Assembly (NCBI GenBank): GCA_048013815.1
Contig: CM106586.1
Location: 22,630,001 to 22,694,000, forward strand
Length of the DNA stretch: 64,000 bases
DNA from: Setoptus koraiensis
Lineage: Eukaryota > Animalia > Arthropoda
Reading direction: 5' to 3'
Numbering within the stretch: the first letter of the stretch is position 1; every line of letters starts with the position of its first letter. The notes below the pieces were generated by a model. It was not told where the DNA came from, did not search any database, and saw nothing but the letters and a program-made list of their open reading frames with translations. Made by a program: the position numbers and the translations under genes. Of this stretch, positions 10,031 through 22,265 are shown one piece after another.

Positions 10031-13000
10031 CGCATGCGAACAACAGCGAAAGAACACAACGAAAGAAATTCCTTGAAAGAATGCTCGCTCCTCGTCGTCG
10101 CGGCTCAATGTCACTGTCCAACAATGACTGTTGCCATACTGATCGTACACAAGCGCACCAGTCACTGATGACCAGTGGTCAGTTTGTGTGCAACAACGGT
10201 GGCACAATGGCCAGTTGTGGCGATTATGCAACCCGAACCGGCCCGAACCTTGGGGCCGGCACACACACACAGCCCTACACATCGTATCGTCAGCGTATCG
10301 TAGCGTCTCGGATCATTCATCATTATGCATGCAAAATCCAACAAGTCCGAGAATAAATCCAGTTATCGCCGACGATATCTAGTTACAGACGATTACTCAT
10401 AGGCAGAGATATTCATGGCGCGGATATTTATGGGTGTCACTATTATTTACTCAACGCTCGCACGCTTGCATCTTTGCTTCGAAGCGGCTCCGAATCGAAT
10501 ACCCGACATATCGAATATGTCGAACATGCCGAATATATCAGATATATCAAATATATCAATTATATCGAGTGTATCGAGTGCATCAAATATGTATCAAATA
10601 GCAATTGTCCGGCGGCCAGACGGGCTCCATTTGAACCTGAATTGTCCGATAATCGCACTACGATTCTGACAATTTGGACACAAATTCTTGGCCATCCAAA
10701 TGTGCACCAAACAATGTGCCGAGCCAGCCCTGTGCCAGCTCGCACAGCGAACCAGTCGTCTCGGGCCCGATTATGTGGCGCAAAATGTGCTCATCACACA
10801 CTCGGCGGCACATTTTTAATCTGAGCCATCAATCATGGCGCGCAGATTACGGTCGGACATGATTAGCCGGCGTTGCATAATGCAAGTTGCATTGGCTGAA
10901 ATTGCATTGTTGTTATTTTTTTTGCTGTTAGCGAAAGCGCAAGTGATCCTAGCAACAGTGACAGGTTGCAAGCGGTCAGTGAGACGGACAAACAAACAAA
11001 CAAACAGTGTTGTTTGCTTGCATGTAGAATCAGGCGACATGCGAGCATTTCGGCCAGCGGTCAGTGGCCGCACTGCGCACAGATGGTAGGTGGCTGGTGA
11101 CGCAACACCAGAGATATCATCTTTGCACTGCAAAGTTTGCAGCTCGGGCCGGCCTTGCGGCTTTGTCGCCGTCTCTGTGTCTGCGTGCGTCGCCGTCTGG
11201 CCGGCCCGACGGCAGTCGGGCCAAATGAGACTGCCCGAGCGAAGCCCGACAAGCTCTCTGAGCGAACTTGTGTGTGGAGAACAGTTGGCTTGTTGCGGTT
11301 CGGAGCGGCCACTTGCTGCCGGTCGCCGTCCATAGCCGGCCGAGAGACGCGGGCAGTTGCGGCCGGTCGCTGCCCGTCGCCGCCTGCTGGCGCGGAATAA
11401 GAAGCCGCGAGAGATAATGCAACACTGACCACACATTAACCGTTGAGTGTAACGTCGGTCGGCAGCCGACTCGCCGAGTCGCTAATGACAACAGATGAAG
11501 CGCCGGCTACCGTTGGTCAGCGCGCAACAGAAGCTCTTTTGTTGTTGCGCCCGCGCGGGCAGCCAAAGAAGCCGCTCGAAGTCGGACAGTTGGCTTCTGC
11601 CGCAGAAGTTGTGCGCGTCCGCAATCGCAGTCGCACTCACGCTCGGACTCGCATTCGAATTCGCACTCGCGGAAGCCAACCGCCTCTCTGGTCACCAGAG
11701 TCCGGCGCGAAGACGGAGCACCGACAGAAGCGCCACACACTCGCTGGGAGCGGCTGTGTGGAAACGGAAGAGAGCGGCCATTGTAACCGCGAATCGCTCT
11801 CGCTTCTCGCCCGTCCTCCGTGTGTCACGTCTGCGGCTGCCGAGAGACGCGGGCGCCGCAACCGGCCGCCACTGGCCGCGACTGGCCGCAACCGGCTGCC
11901 GCTGCGGCAACCGCAGCGGACAAGCGGCGAGCAGCGACGGCCAACGAGCGGCGACAGCGCGTCGGCGTCGGCCGGCCGGTCCGCGACGGGCCTACCTGTT
12001 GCAGCTGGCGCATCTTCGGCTGGCTTGCGCTGTTGCGCGCCGGCACTGGTCGCTTCGAACGTCCGCTCGGCCGGTCGTTTCGAACGTTCGCTCGGCCCGT
12101 CGTTTCGCAGGGCTTCTGGTCGCCGGCTGTGGCGACCGGAGTCCGGCGTACAAAAGAAAAAAGAGCGATCGCAAGAGGCGCAAGGCCGCGTCGGGTTGCC
12201 CGGTGCGGGCGCAACGGCGGACGGGCGCCCTCGAAGAACAGACTCCGTTCATCAGAGAATGGAACGGGCGGCCGCGAGCCAGCGACAGATACAGCAGATA
12301 TAAACATAGCAGATAAAAACATGACAGAAATAACTTGACGAGCGCAAGATTTGAGCACAAGCGCAACGTGATTTGCATATAAGCGGCGCCGAATGGCGTT
12401 GCGTAACAGCCAATCATGATGCATAATCATATTTCACAATGCCCATGGCCGTTGTGACGTCTCGATTGTGGCCGACAATTGGCTTGATTGTGGCTGAGAT
12501 TTGCGAGCGTTGTGCAGCGCCAGCAAACAACAACGACAGCGACAAACGACGAGCGGGCGCCGGCGCCCGCCTCGTCTGGCCACTTCAACGGGCCGTCTGC
12601 AACGGTCGCCCGCAACCGGCGACAGGGCAACAGCCGACGCAACAATTGTGATGTTTGGTGTGGTTCGCGTTCGCGTTCGCGACTATTTATTTATAAACAA
12701 CAACAACAACAACAATATGTGATTTACTCAATTGTGTAACTCGCACAAACAACGCTCCTCGCTCGGCTAATATTGACCGAGTGACTGCCGGCCGACACTT
12801 GTTGCGACCATACCCATTCCCGCTGTCTCCCGTGCCGGCGCCAACCGCGGCTCCGTGCTCGGCCGGCCGGCCGCTTGTTGATGGTTTCTCACTGCTGGCG
12901 TCGGCCGGCCGGCAGCGGTCGCCGCGCTGATTAATTAGCAATTAGTGGCTGAAATTCAAGCCGCCATGCACACGCCAAATATCGCACATTCGGCCCGTAT

Positions 13001-13377
13001 CGCACATGTCGCGCCGCGCCGCTCGGGATTTGCGTCGCTCCGCGGGCACCGCCGCCGCTGTAATTGTATCTGTCTGTGTTTGTTTTTATCCGCGTCGCCG
13101 TTTATCACCGCATGCCTCCATTATCCGATACACACGCCAGACAATGCGTCTCGAGCGCGGCTCATGTTACCAATGCGACGCCAACGAGCGCCGCCAGCAA
13201 GTTGCTGCGCCCCCGCAATTCCGCTGTCCTGCCGGTTGTCCTGCCGGTTGTCCTGCCGGTTGTCCTGCTGCTCGCGGTCTTGCTGGCCGCCTGGCGGCCG
13301 GTGCTTGAATGTTGTTTCGCGCAGCCTCTCTTGAACACTCAACCAAACGCTCAATGGGCCCGGTTTGCTTACGATTG

Positions 13378-14280
13378 TCAGTGCGCGGCGGCCGCCGGGC
13401 CTCGCTCGCTCGCCGGCTCCGGCCCGCCGACGTGGCGCTGCTGTTCCGGCCCGCTGTGGCGCTGCTCCTGGGGGCCGCCTCTCCGGCGCCGCGGCCACAC
13501 GGGCCACTCGACGCTGGCCACGGACCGCTTCCGGCGCCTGTAGCCGCCGCCGCCGCCACCATAGCCGCCGCCCATTCCGCCGCCGCCGCCACCGTATCCG
13601 TGGCCCATGCCGCCCCCGAAGCCGCCCATGCAGGGCATCGGCATCATCATGATGGGCATCGGGTAGTGGCCGCCGCCGCCTCCTCCGCCACCGCCGTATC
13701 CACCGCCGCCGCCGCCGCCGTATCCGCCGCCACCGCCACCGTATCCTCCCATGCCGCTCATGATGATCATGTGTCCCTTGCCCTTGTCCTTCTTTTTGGC
13801 CTCGCTACTTCCGGTCGACAGCAGCAGCAGCAGCGCAACGGCGACGAGTGTAACTATTTTTGCGGCTTGTGTACAAGCCAGCAACAAGTGTCGCTGTCTT
13901 GTGATCGTTGTTGTTGTTGTTGCTGTTGTTGTTGTTGTTTTGCGGCGCGATTTCTCTGTCGTTTGTTGTCGTTGTTGGCCGCAAACAATGAACGGCAACA
14001 ACCGGCTCGCTCGCCGATGACTGAGGCGCTGATTGTTGCGTAACTTGTGGGCCGGATTGCGCGACCTATCGGACAAGTTGCTCATTTCGTCGGATAAAAT
14101 GTTCATTTCGTCGGATGAGTCGCTCGTTTTGTCGGATGAGTCATTCATTTTGTCGGTTGAATGGTGCAAGTTTGCGGGCCGGAGGCCGGCCGAAAGTGTC
14201 CGGCGATTCGGGTGCTGTCTCGCCTGGCGATTAACGCGCACAGCTGATTTGGTGGTGGCGAGCTTGGCGTTGTTATTCAT
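13378..14280 (-). CDS. Glycine-rich (GGY/GGG) secreted-type structural protein, nested antisense in ANKRD6 intron 1
   Basis: 300-aa ATG ORF with hydrophobic segment KIVTLVAVALLLLLSTGSSEA, then KKKDKGKG, GGYGGGG repeats, PMPIMMMPMP and a basic RRRKR site. TATAAAT on - at 14498-14504; AATAAA on - at 12686-12691. The true start Met is uncertain. Confidence 0.8.
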   Translation of the reverse strand: MNNNAKLATTKSAVRVNRQARQHPNRRTLSAGLRPANLHHSTDKMNDSSDKTSDSSDEMNILSDEMSNLSDRSRNPAHKLRNNQRLSHRRASRLLPFIVCGQQRQQTTEKSRRKTTTTTATTTTTITRQRHLLLACTQAAKIVTLVAVALLLLLSTGSSEAKKKDKGKGHMIIMSGMGGYGGGGGGYGGGGGGGYGGGGGGGGGHYPMPIMMMPMPCMGGFGGGMGHGYGGGGGGMGGGYGGGGGGYRRRKRSVASVEWPVWPRRRRGGPQEQRHSGPEQQRHVGGPEPASERGPAAAAH

Positions 14281-14497
14281 ATTCGGATATTTGCTGTAAT
14301 GTGTTCACTTGCGGTCGTGCCCGGCACTGGGCATCGCGATGGCTTGCGATTCTCGGTAAACTGGCGTTGTTGTGATTTTTCTGAATAGCGACGCTGTGAT
14401 TTCTCGTTCGATGTCTTGCCAACGCTCTTTGGCTGTTTGTGTCGCTCGTGATGGTTCGAATTGGCGATTAACGGCTTAAAATGTCAATCGCGTCGCC

Positions 14498-14504
14498 ATT
14501 TATA
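14498..14504 (-). promoter_or_regulatory. Candidate TATA box of the Gly-rich gene
   Basis: TATAAAT on the minus strand about 220 bp upstream of the ORF ATG at 14280. Confidence 0.4.
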
Positions 14505-15458
14505 GTCCAATTACGGGCTGAGCTGGTGGGCGCCAGTGCGTCGCAGTGGCGAGCCATCAATTTTTTAATTACTTGTGCACATTTGCAACTAGAGGCGCTC
14601 TTGTCATTAGTGGACCATTTTTAATTAGGCACTTGCCGCCAGAGCTCGGCCTGGCGCTGGCTCCGCCTCGGCCCATTCGACAGCGACGCCGACAAGTGGC
14701 CGCCAGTGATTTTGTGGCGAGCCAGCGGTTTTCGCCAAGTTGTTGTTGTTGTGACGCCGAGAGTCTAGACGCAATTCATTAGCGGTCTCATTAGCGATGC
14801 ACATTCACAGGATTAGCGCCGTTTGGAGCGCCGTTTTGGCCGAGTTTTAACCGATTTTGCGAGATTAGTGCGCCGAGCGGGCGCGATTAAGACGACCAAC
14901 TGAACAATGAATTGATTGGACAGGTGAGACAACGAGGAAAAGTAAAACTAATAAAGCGCTTCTCTTCTCTTTTCTCTTCTCTTCTCGCCCACCGCATCCA
15001 CCTTCGCCAATGGCGACCGTACTGGCAATTGTAATTACAATCGGACGGCCACCGATAATCGCCGCTGATAAATTTATATAATAACTGTGACTGGCCAATG
15101 CAAAAACTAATCAACGGCGCCATATTTGCCACAATTGCCGTATTTGCCATACTCGCAACCGTGTGCGAATTTGATGAATTGCGCAACTTTATCGCACAAC
15201 CGCCGCCTCGGACAACAACGTCGGCTGGATGCTCAAAAATGGATTGTTATTGTTGCGGTTGCCATTGTTGTTGCCTACTCTGCGCCAACTGCCGTCGCAA
15301 CAACCTAACGTCGGCAACAACCGTCGCAACAACCGACCGACGCCGCCAACAACCGTCGCAACAACAATGATCTGATTTAATTTTTAATTTGCGCACAACC
15401 ACATCGACACGCCAACCACATCGACACGCCAACAACATCGACAACAACACAACAACAG

Positions 15459-15557
15459 TACGGCAACACTGCCCTACATCAGGCCGCCTGGAAGGGCTTC
15501 AGCCAGACCGTGCAGGTATTATGCAGATACAGGGCCAACACTTCCATCAAGAACAAG
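15459..15557 (+). CDS. ANKRD6: ANKRD6/diego-like, coding exon 2 (99 nt, ankyrin repeat 2)
   Basis: aacaacag|YGNTALHQAAWKGFSQTVQVLCRYRANTSIKNK|gtaagt; matches the ANKRD6 repeat GNTALHEASWHGFSQS. Phase 0-0. Confidence 0.93.
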
Positions 15558-17213
15558 GTAAGTCGAGCTTTTGTTTCGCCGGCTTCGGCCAGCTTGGGCC
15601 GGCTTCGGCGAGCTCGCCATGGCCGACAAACCAAAGTGGAGAGATATGAATTATTGTTGCTTTGACGCTTGTTGTAATTATCTGGCCGCTTATTAGCTTA
15701 CTTACTGGCTTGCTAACAATGAGCTAACAGCAACAACCGCGACCAGCGCCAACGACACCGACGGCGCCAACAACAGCGACAGCAACAGCAACAGCGACAA
15801 CAACAGCGACAACAACACTTTCGAACGCTGTAATTGCCGTAATTATTACGCGAATGCGCTCTCATTATTATTATTACCGTTATTATTATTACTATGCCTA
15901 GACGCTCGCCGATGAGACCGCTTGCGTTGCGTTACGTAACTTACGTTGCCGTTTGCCAATTATCACGCACCCGCCGCGGCCGGCTAATTGGCCCGACACA
16001 ACCAGACCAGACACTTGTTGTTGGCGCGGTTGTTGGCGCGGTTGTTGGCGCGGTTGTTGGCTCGGTTGTTGCTCTTGGTGGCTTACCGTCCATCAATCGG
16101 CGGCTCGACTCCGGCAACGGCCGCCAGTCGGAAACGCTCGCTAGCTCGCTCGCTACATTATTAATTCGCCGATAATCAACCTGCAACATGTATACTGTTT
16201 TGCATCAATGAGCGCCACCATCGCACTGCGGCCGCCGGCCGCATATTTGGCGCTGCCAGTCTCGTTGCGCAACCGGCACCGCCAAACCGGTGTCGGTGGC
16301 CGCTCTCAGGTTGCGGCTTGCGGCTTGCAGAATGTCGGTTGCCGGTTGCGTAATCAGTCGAGGGAGTCGTTGACGTTTGTTTTTGGTCACGACATTGTTA
16401 TTGTTCCGTCGTCTAACTGACAGCGCTCAGCTGTTGCTGCTCTAGCCGTTGCGTCATCTTATTTGCGAATAATATTCGCATAATAATATTCTCAGAATAA
16501 TATTCTGAGTGTGTGTCAAGAGCGCAGTTGCTCGGCAAGCAAACAACCGACAACAAACATGAAACAATGAGCCAGAGAGGCGCCAACAAACGAACACAGG
16601 TAACCACAGGTAAAGGACAACAACAGGTGAGCTTCGCATTGCTCAGGTAACAGGTAGCGAGTAGCGGTGAGTAGCGGGCGAAAGGAGAGCACAGCTTGGG
16701 GTGGCGCATGGCGCCGATGCTGATGTCGATTTGCATTCGGCATTCGGCGTTCGGCGTTCGGCGTTCGGCGGATTGCGTCACTGCATCATGCTGCCGCTGT
16801 CACTGTGATCGCTGTATGGTCATTGTATGGTGATATGGCGATTACACGATATTGTTTATACGCATTGAGACGCACTGTCGGGTATCCCGCTCGCCGTTAT
16901 TCCCGTCATATACCGTTATAGCGCGCCGTTAATCGAGTTGCTCGAGTCGCCTAATAGAATAGACGCAAGCACCGTTATGTGCGATGCCGAATTACGCAAT
17001 ACCGTTATGCAATGAGCGTGCGGTGCGACGCCATCTGATTTGGCGATCCGATCTCGTCCACCAGCTCCGTTGTTATAATTGCAACAACCGCAATCACTGC
17101 AGTGGCGCAATCACTGCGGTGACGCAATCACTGGCAGCAGTATTTTAGTTGATTCTGGCCAGCGAACGATGATGCCGATGATGACGCAATATGGCCGAAA
17201 TTGGCATGCATTG

Positions 17214-17275
17214 CGTCATCATCATCATCATCATCATCATCATCGTCATCATCGTCGTCATCGTCATCATCGTCG

Positions 17276-17312
<37 letters not shown>
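17214..17312. repeat. Compound (CAT/CGT)n trinucleotide microsatellite
   Basis: Read directly from the sequence. Confidence 0.95.
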
Positions 17313-17724
17313 TTATTCAGTTATCATCCGGCGTTCACAATTGTGGGTCGTATTCAGTGCATTATGGGCGCATTTTGAGTGATGTATGAGCGCGTCGGTG
17401 GCTTGCAGCGGCAGCCTGGCACTTGTTACATTTGTTGCGCCCATCATCAGCCGGCCCCCTCTGGCCAGCGCTCGATGTGGACGGCACGCCAACAGGTGCT
17501 TTTGTTTTTATCCGTTCGCTCTCGGCCGCGAGTCTCGGCCGCGAGTCTCGGCAGCAAGTGAAGCCAACTCGCTCGCCAACTGGCCACGGCCAATGGTAGC
17601 GCTCGTCGAATGACCGGTGCGGCGGTGCGGCCGTCGCCGTGGTTTCGTCATGTCATCATTGTGTTGGCTGTTGCGTCGTATGATCGTATTATGAATTACG
17701 TAAGTGTTGCATCGCATAATCGCA

Positions 17725-17810
17725 CAACAACAACAACAACAACAACAGCAACAACAACAACAACAACAACAGCAACAGCAACGACAACAGCAACAACAAC
17801 AACAACAACA
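17725..17810. repeat. (CAA/CAG)n microsatellite
   Basis: Read directly from the sequence. Confidence 0.95.
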
Positions 17811-20655
17811 GTGTGCATGACGCAACACACTGTTGTGGTGCTGATAGGCCAGAAATGATCATGATGATGATAATGCTCATCATCATGATCACTTATTGCA
17901 TCAGACAAACTTGCCCAGCTCGCCCGATACTCGAGCAGCTCGCCTAATAACCGATCGGCGATTGTTGTTGCACTGCTTACATAATGCACTTATTTGCATA
18001 TTACACACACACACACACAAATGTATATATATACATTACATAATTATTATGTGGTAGCCGGCGCCTGCACCCATTGCTGCCTGCTCATTGAATCGATGCC
18101 ATTGATCGAGCCCAACAAACAGCCAGCCAGCCAGCCGATTTTGGCGCTTTTGTCGGGCCGGCCGGCCGGCCGGAGAAACGAACAAAATTGTTCTTGTCCG
18201 GCCAAATTGCCGGCCTACCCGCGCGATGACCACTGATGCGCGCCCAACCAACTAGAGAAACAATCAGCTCATTCAGTCCGATCCGGTCTCGATCCCGTCT
18301 CGCACTGTCTAACGCTGTCTCGCGCTGTCTGATGCTGCCTTTTGCTGTCCGGCATGGCAGACCGGATTGTTTGCGCGCACCGCAGCTCATTGCAACTCGC
18401 CGGCCCGGCACATCCGATCGCGCTTGTGTCCGCGGCTCCATCCGGCAGCCGGTCGTGATGCGCGCATCCTCTATCCTGTGCGCCTCCGCTGTTCGCTCGT
18501 TTCTTAGACTCACTTGTGCGCCCGATTCTCAGCCTCACTTCTGCGCTCGATTCTTAGCCTCACCTGTGCGCCCGATTCTTCGCTCCGCTCCGCGTAGCGG
18601 ATAGCGGACAACGGATAATGTGCAACGGGTAATGTGTACCGGACAAGTTGCGCATATCGGCTCGCCGGCCGGCCCGAGAGTCTCCGGCTGACAGCCAATT
18701 GTAGCGAGTCCAATTGTGAGCGAGATGCAGCAACAGTGCGCAATAAGCCGGATAATCAACACACTGATTTGCAATTTGCGCTGCTCTCATATTATCTCAT
18801 TGGCCGACCGGCAAGCGGTCAACGTATCAACGACCGGCAATCGGCCCGTTCCCGTCCGACCGAAACTCGCTGCGGCTCGATTGCGTTGGGTGCGGCGACC
18901 GGTCGAGCCGACCACTCGGTTCGTTCGAGTCGCAGTTGCATCGCTCGACTGGAACTCGACTGGAAGTGGCCAGAGATTTCGAAGCTTCGAAGGCTTCAAA
19001 TCGAAGCGTTCGTTTTGAGCTGTGCAGCCCGTCGTGCTGCGCATACGGCGATAATACTTCAGTTAATTGATACGATAATAACAGTTGATTGATACAGCGA
19101 CAAGCGCCGGTCATAACCGATCGGCCAGAAATCGGCCACAACGGCAACATTATGAGGGGAGCGCAACTGATCACTGATATCACCATTAGCGCACCATCAG
19201 GTATTACCAATACCGTATTATCGATGCGCGCGCATGTGGCCGGAAACACAGGTGACACTCGATTGTGGCTGCGGGCAAACTAGCTGTCAGTTATGCGACT
19301 AATAATAGTTATATAACTGATAATAGTTACATAACTTGTTATAGTTACATAACATGTAAAAGTTTGTCGCAAGCGGCCCTTGGCCATGCCAGTTGTTTGC
19401 GACTGTGCGTTATAAAAAACAAATTTGTGCGCCAAATCTCTCTTGGCGCACAAATTGTGAGTCACAATTGTCAGCGTCACGTTTATTATACGTAAACGGC
19501 CCATTATTGCGTAACCATATTGACCGTTACGCCGGTCAATATTCATATACAATGCGGTTGCGTAATCGTGTGGCTGCTGCCGGACATTGCGCAATCGCGA
19601 CTGACGGCACTGACACAGCGAGCGTCTGTCGGTTAGTCGCTGTTTTTGCCGTAACTGCCATATACAATATTGTGACTGGCCACCTAGTGGCCGACTTGCT
19701 GCACCAAGCTGCGGCAATGTTGAAGTGGCTCATCTCATTATGAGATTCAATCTCATATCACACCAAGTGTTGCAATCAACACAAGCTTGCAATTAAAACG
19801 CAACAATCGTTACGTCACAATCTGTGTGACTCGTTGTTGTTGTATTGGCAACCATAGCAACCAATGATGATGCCAGACACTTGTTGCTTGTTGATGACGC
19901 TTGTTACAATCGTCATTCGGGCGCCAATCGAGCTGCACATCGAGCCGCCAATTTACAGCCACTGCCGCCAGTCGGCCGAACCGAGCCAACGAGACGGCAG
20001 GTGTAAAATGAGCTGGAAATTGTGAGCCAAAAATCACAACAATCCAGCCAGCAATGATGCCATTAACATGTATGCCTCTATTACCTGTGCAAAGTCGCCA
20101 GCTCTGGCGCGACGATGCGCCCAGATAGACGAAATGGTCACCGATTGAGCGTCTCAATTTGAGCGTCTCAATCGGTTTGATTGACTGCATTTCGCAATGC
20201 GAAGGCATTATCATTATTATGTAATCACATTTTGTTGCCGCTGCCGCTGCCTCACTCACGCTTGTGTAGCGCCACTGTCTTAATCGGGTAACATGATCGG
20301 GCACACACTTGTTGCATGCCGTTGCCGCCATAATAATCAAATTATTGAGACTCCGCAATAACGAGCTAATAGCATGCGTTTGTTGGAGCGACACCCGAAA
20401 CTGACCCATGTCTCGCGTATTGTTGCCACTCGCCGGTCGCCTGGTGAGAAAATGCCCCCCGAGAAGAGCCCGCTGAGAAATACCCACTGACAAAATGACC
20501 CCCGAGAAAATACCTACTGACAAAGTGTCCACCGAGAAAACACCCAAACTGCACAGGGTGGTGCACCAAGAATGAACGAAGGCTGCGCCCGGCGCAATGT
20601 CGGTGTTGCGCTGCTCATTTTCGGCCACCCAGTACTGGCTGGACCATCGTGAATA

Positions 20656-20698
20656 TCAACCGTGAATATCGAGTCGCTTGTCTGATATTCACGGTTGA
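20656..20698. other. Inverted repeat, 15-bp perfect stem with 13-nt loop
   Basis: TCAACCGTGAATATC (20656-20670) and GATATTCACGGTTGA (20684-20698). Confidence 0.9.
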
Positions 20699-21406
20699 CT
20701 TTGCTCGCTGCGTGCTTGTGCAATCGACGCCAATCAAACCAAATTAATTGGTCAAACTGAATTAATTAGGCGGTTTGAATGTGGCCCAATATTCAGGTGT
20801 ATATATATTGTTTATTAATTTGTATAATTTGTATTTCTCAAGTACAAAATACAGTGTAATAGCATAGGCATATTCAATAGGCATAATCAATGATGCGGCC
20901 AATAATTGTTTGCGCGCCGTCAATTAGAAAAATCTGAATCATATGTAAAGGATACTTGCGAGGTTTGCTGTGAATATTCATATATATGTTTGTTGGTCAC
21001 AAATCATTTGTGACAAATCATTTGTGACAAATGTGTGCGTCTGTCCTATCTCTTTGGTCTGGTAGCATATTACGTAATACTGACATTACATAATAATTAT
21101 GATAATAATTACATAATGATTATGAATTATGAATAAGGCGGCCCCGCGTATCTCGTATCGGGCCTATTCAGTGGCGCGCCAGGTGAATATCATTAGCTGC
21201 TTGCCGCCAATCTCAGTGATGGTCTCAATTAGTCAATTGGTTTTGTGAGCCTCTGTGTGAATATACACTGGCCAGCAAGCCCCACAAGCGCCAGCGCGTG
21301 CACCAACTCGTGCCAACCGGCGAGCTGCACGTGTCATTGGCCGGCATTGGCTTCGTTTGTGTGTGGTTGTCACTGATGTGTCCAACTAGTGCCACGTGTC
21401 AGCACG

Positions 21407-22111
21407 TCAGCGGCCCCTGTTGGGCTGTCTGTTCTCGGCGTTGCTGTTGTTGTTGTTGTGGCTGTTGTGACTGTTGTTGTTGTTGTTGTGGCTGCTGCTG
21501 CTGGACTGAGCTTGCTGCTGCTTCTTTTGCTTCTGTTGCTTCCTTTTCTTGTTGTTTGAGTGATTCTTCTTGTTCTTCTTGTTGTTGTGGCCGTTGTTGG
21601 TGCCACTGTGTGCATGGGCAGCGCCAATTGTCGAGTTGGTGGCCACAGGCAGCGCGCTCGTCGTCGTCGCCAGCGAGATTGACGCCGGACCGGAAGTTGT
21701 CGTGGGCGCAAAAGTGGCCGGCGCGCTAACCACGGGCGCCGGCGTCGCACTGGCCGCCAGGCGTCTCTGCGGGCTCACCTGGCTTCTGAATTCGCCGAAC
21801 ACGTTGCCGGGCGGATCGTAATTGCACACCAGATACACTCCTTTGCCCCGTTTGCTGAAACCCCTAGCGCAACCAATTTTGGTTGAGTCCTTCCACACCA
21901 ACTGGGTGAAGTGGCCAATTTCCGAATTAAAACTGGGATTTGTCCAGTCGTACAGGCTGATCTCGTCGTACCACATCTTCATGAGGTCGGCGCACGAGGT
22001 GCCCTTAAACGAGGAAAAGGCCAGATTTTCGCCGTACGGCGAGTTGAGCGGATGCGCAAAGTGGTCAGTGTCGGCCAGTTCCTTGGCGCGTTTGCGCGCG
22101 TACCGCATCAC
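21407..22111 (-). CDS. CAP/SCP (GAPR-1/GLIPR2-like) domain secreted protein, exon 2 (457 aa in total)
   Basis: gacag|VMRYARKRA...FAH...YGENLA...MWYDEI...GHFTQLVWKDSTKIGCA...VCNYDPPGN carries the CAP signatures; T/A-rich and N/K/Q-rich tail; TGA at 21407-21409; AATAAA on - at 20811-20816. Confidence 0.92.
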   Translation of the reverse strand: MMRYARKRAKELADTDHFAHPLNSPYGENLAFSSFKGTSCADLMKMWYDEISLYDWTNPSFNSEIGHFTQLVWKDSTKIGCARGFSKRGKGVYLVCNYDPPGNVFGEFRSQVSPQRRLAASATPAPVVSAPATFAPTTTSGPASISLATTTSALPVATNSTIGAAHAHSGTNNGHNNKKNKKNHSNNKKRKQQKQKKQQQAQSSSSSHNNNNNSHNSHNNNNSNAENRQPNRGR

Positions 22112-22265
22112 CTGTCGCATCACGATTGAGTCAGATTATTATCAGTTAATTAATTGATTAATTAATTATCAGTCAGCTGATTGACCGATTTCAAAGATTG
22201 GCCGATTGGCCAATATTTGAAATAGTGAGATTATTTTGAATGTTGCGCCACTCGGCGAGGCTCAC

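Noticed and set aside
9791-10282. Poly-Leu and poly-Gln ORFs resembling membrane or prion-like proteins
   Set aside because: They are direct translations of the (GTTGCT)13 microsatellite, with no supporting gene structure.
10835-11089. Signal-peptide-like ORF MQVALAEIALLLFFLLLAKA
   Set aside because: It is on the same strand as the host intron, has no identifiable downstream exon or domain, and hydrophobic runs arise easily from T-rich text.
11443-12430. Stack of 170-286 aa ORFs on both strands
   Set aside because: Arg/Ala/Pro-rich translations open in several frames at once, as expected for GC-rich stop-poor intron DNA.
15098-15370. ORF MQKLINGAIFATIAVFAILATVC... just upstream of ANKRD6 exon 2
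   Set aside because: The nearby TATA-like word is too close to the ATG, the rest is microsatellite-derived, and no splice link is evident.
19810-20628. 272-codon minus ORF
   Set aside because: GTG start, includes a degenerate 30-bp tandem repeat, no motif; lies beyond the CAP gene poly(A) signal.
20678-20698. Resemblance of TGTCTGATATTCACGGTTG to the 3' part of insect miR-190
   Set aside because: The 5' seed region (AGAUAUG) is absent and the match straddles the loop; miR-190 normally sits in a talin intron.
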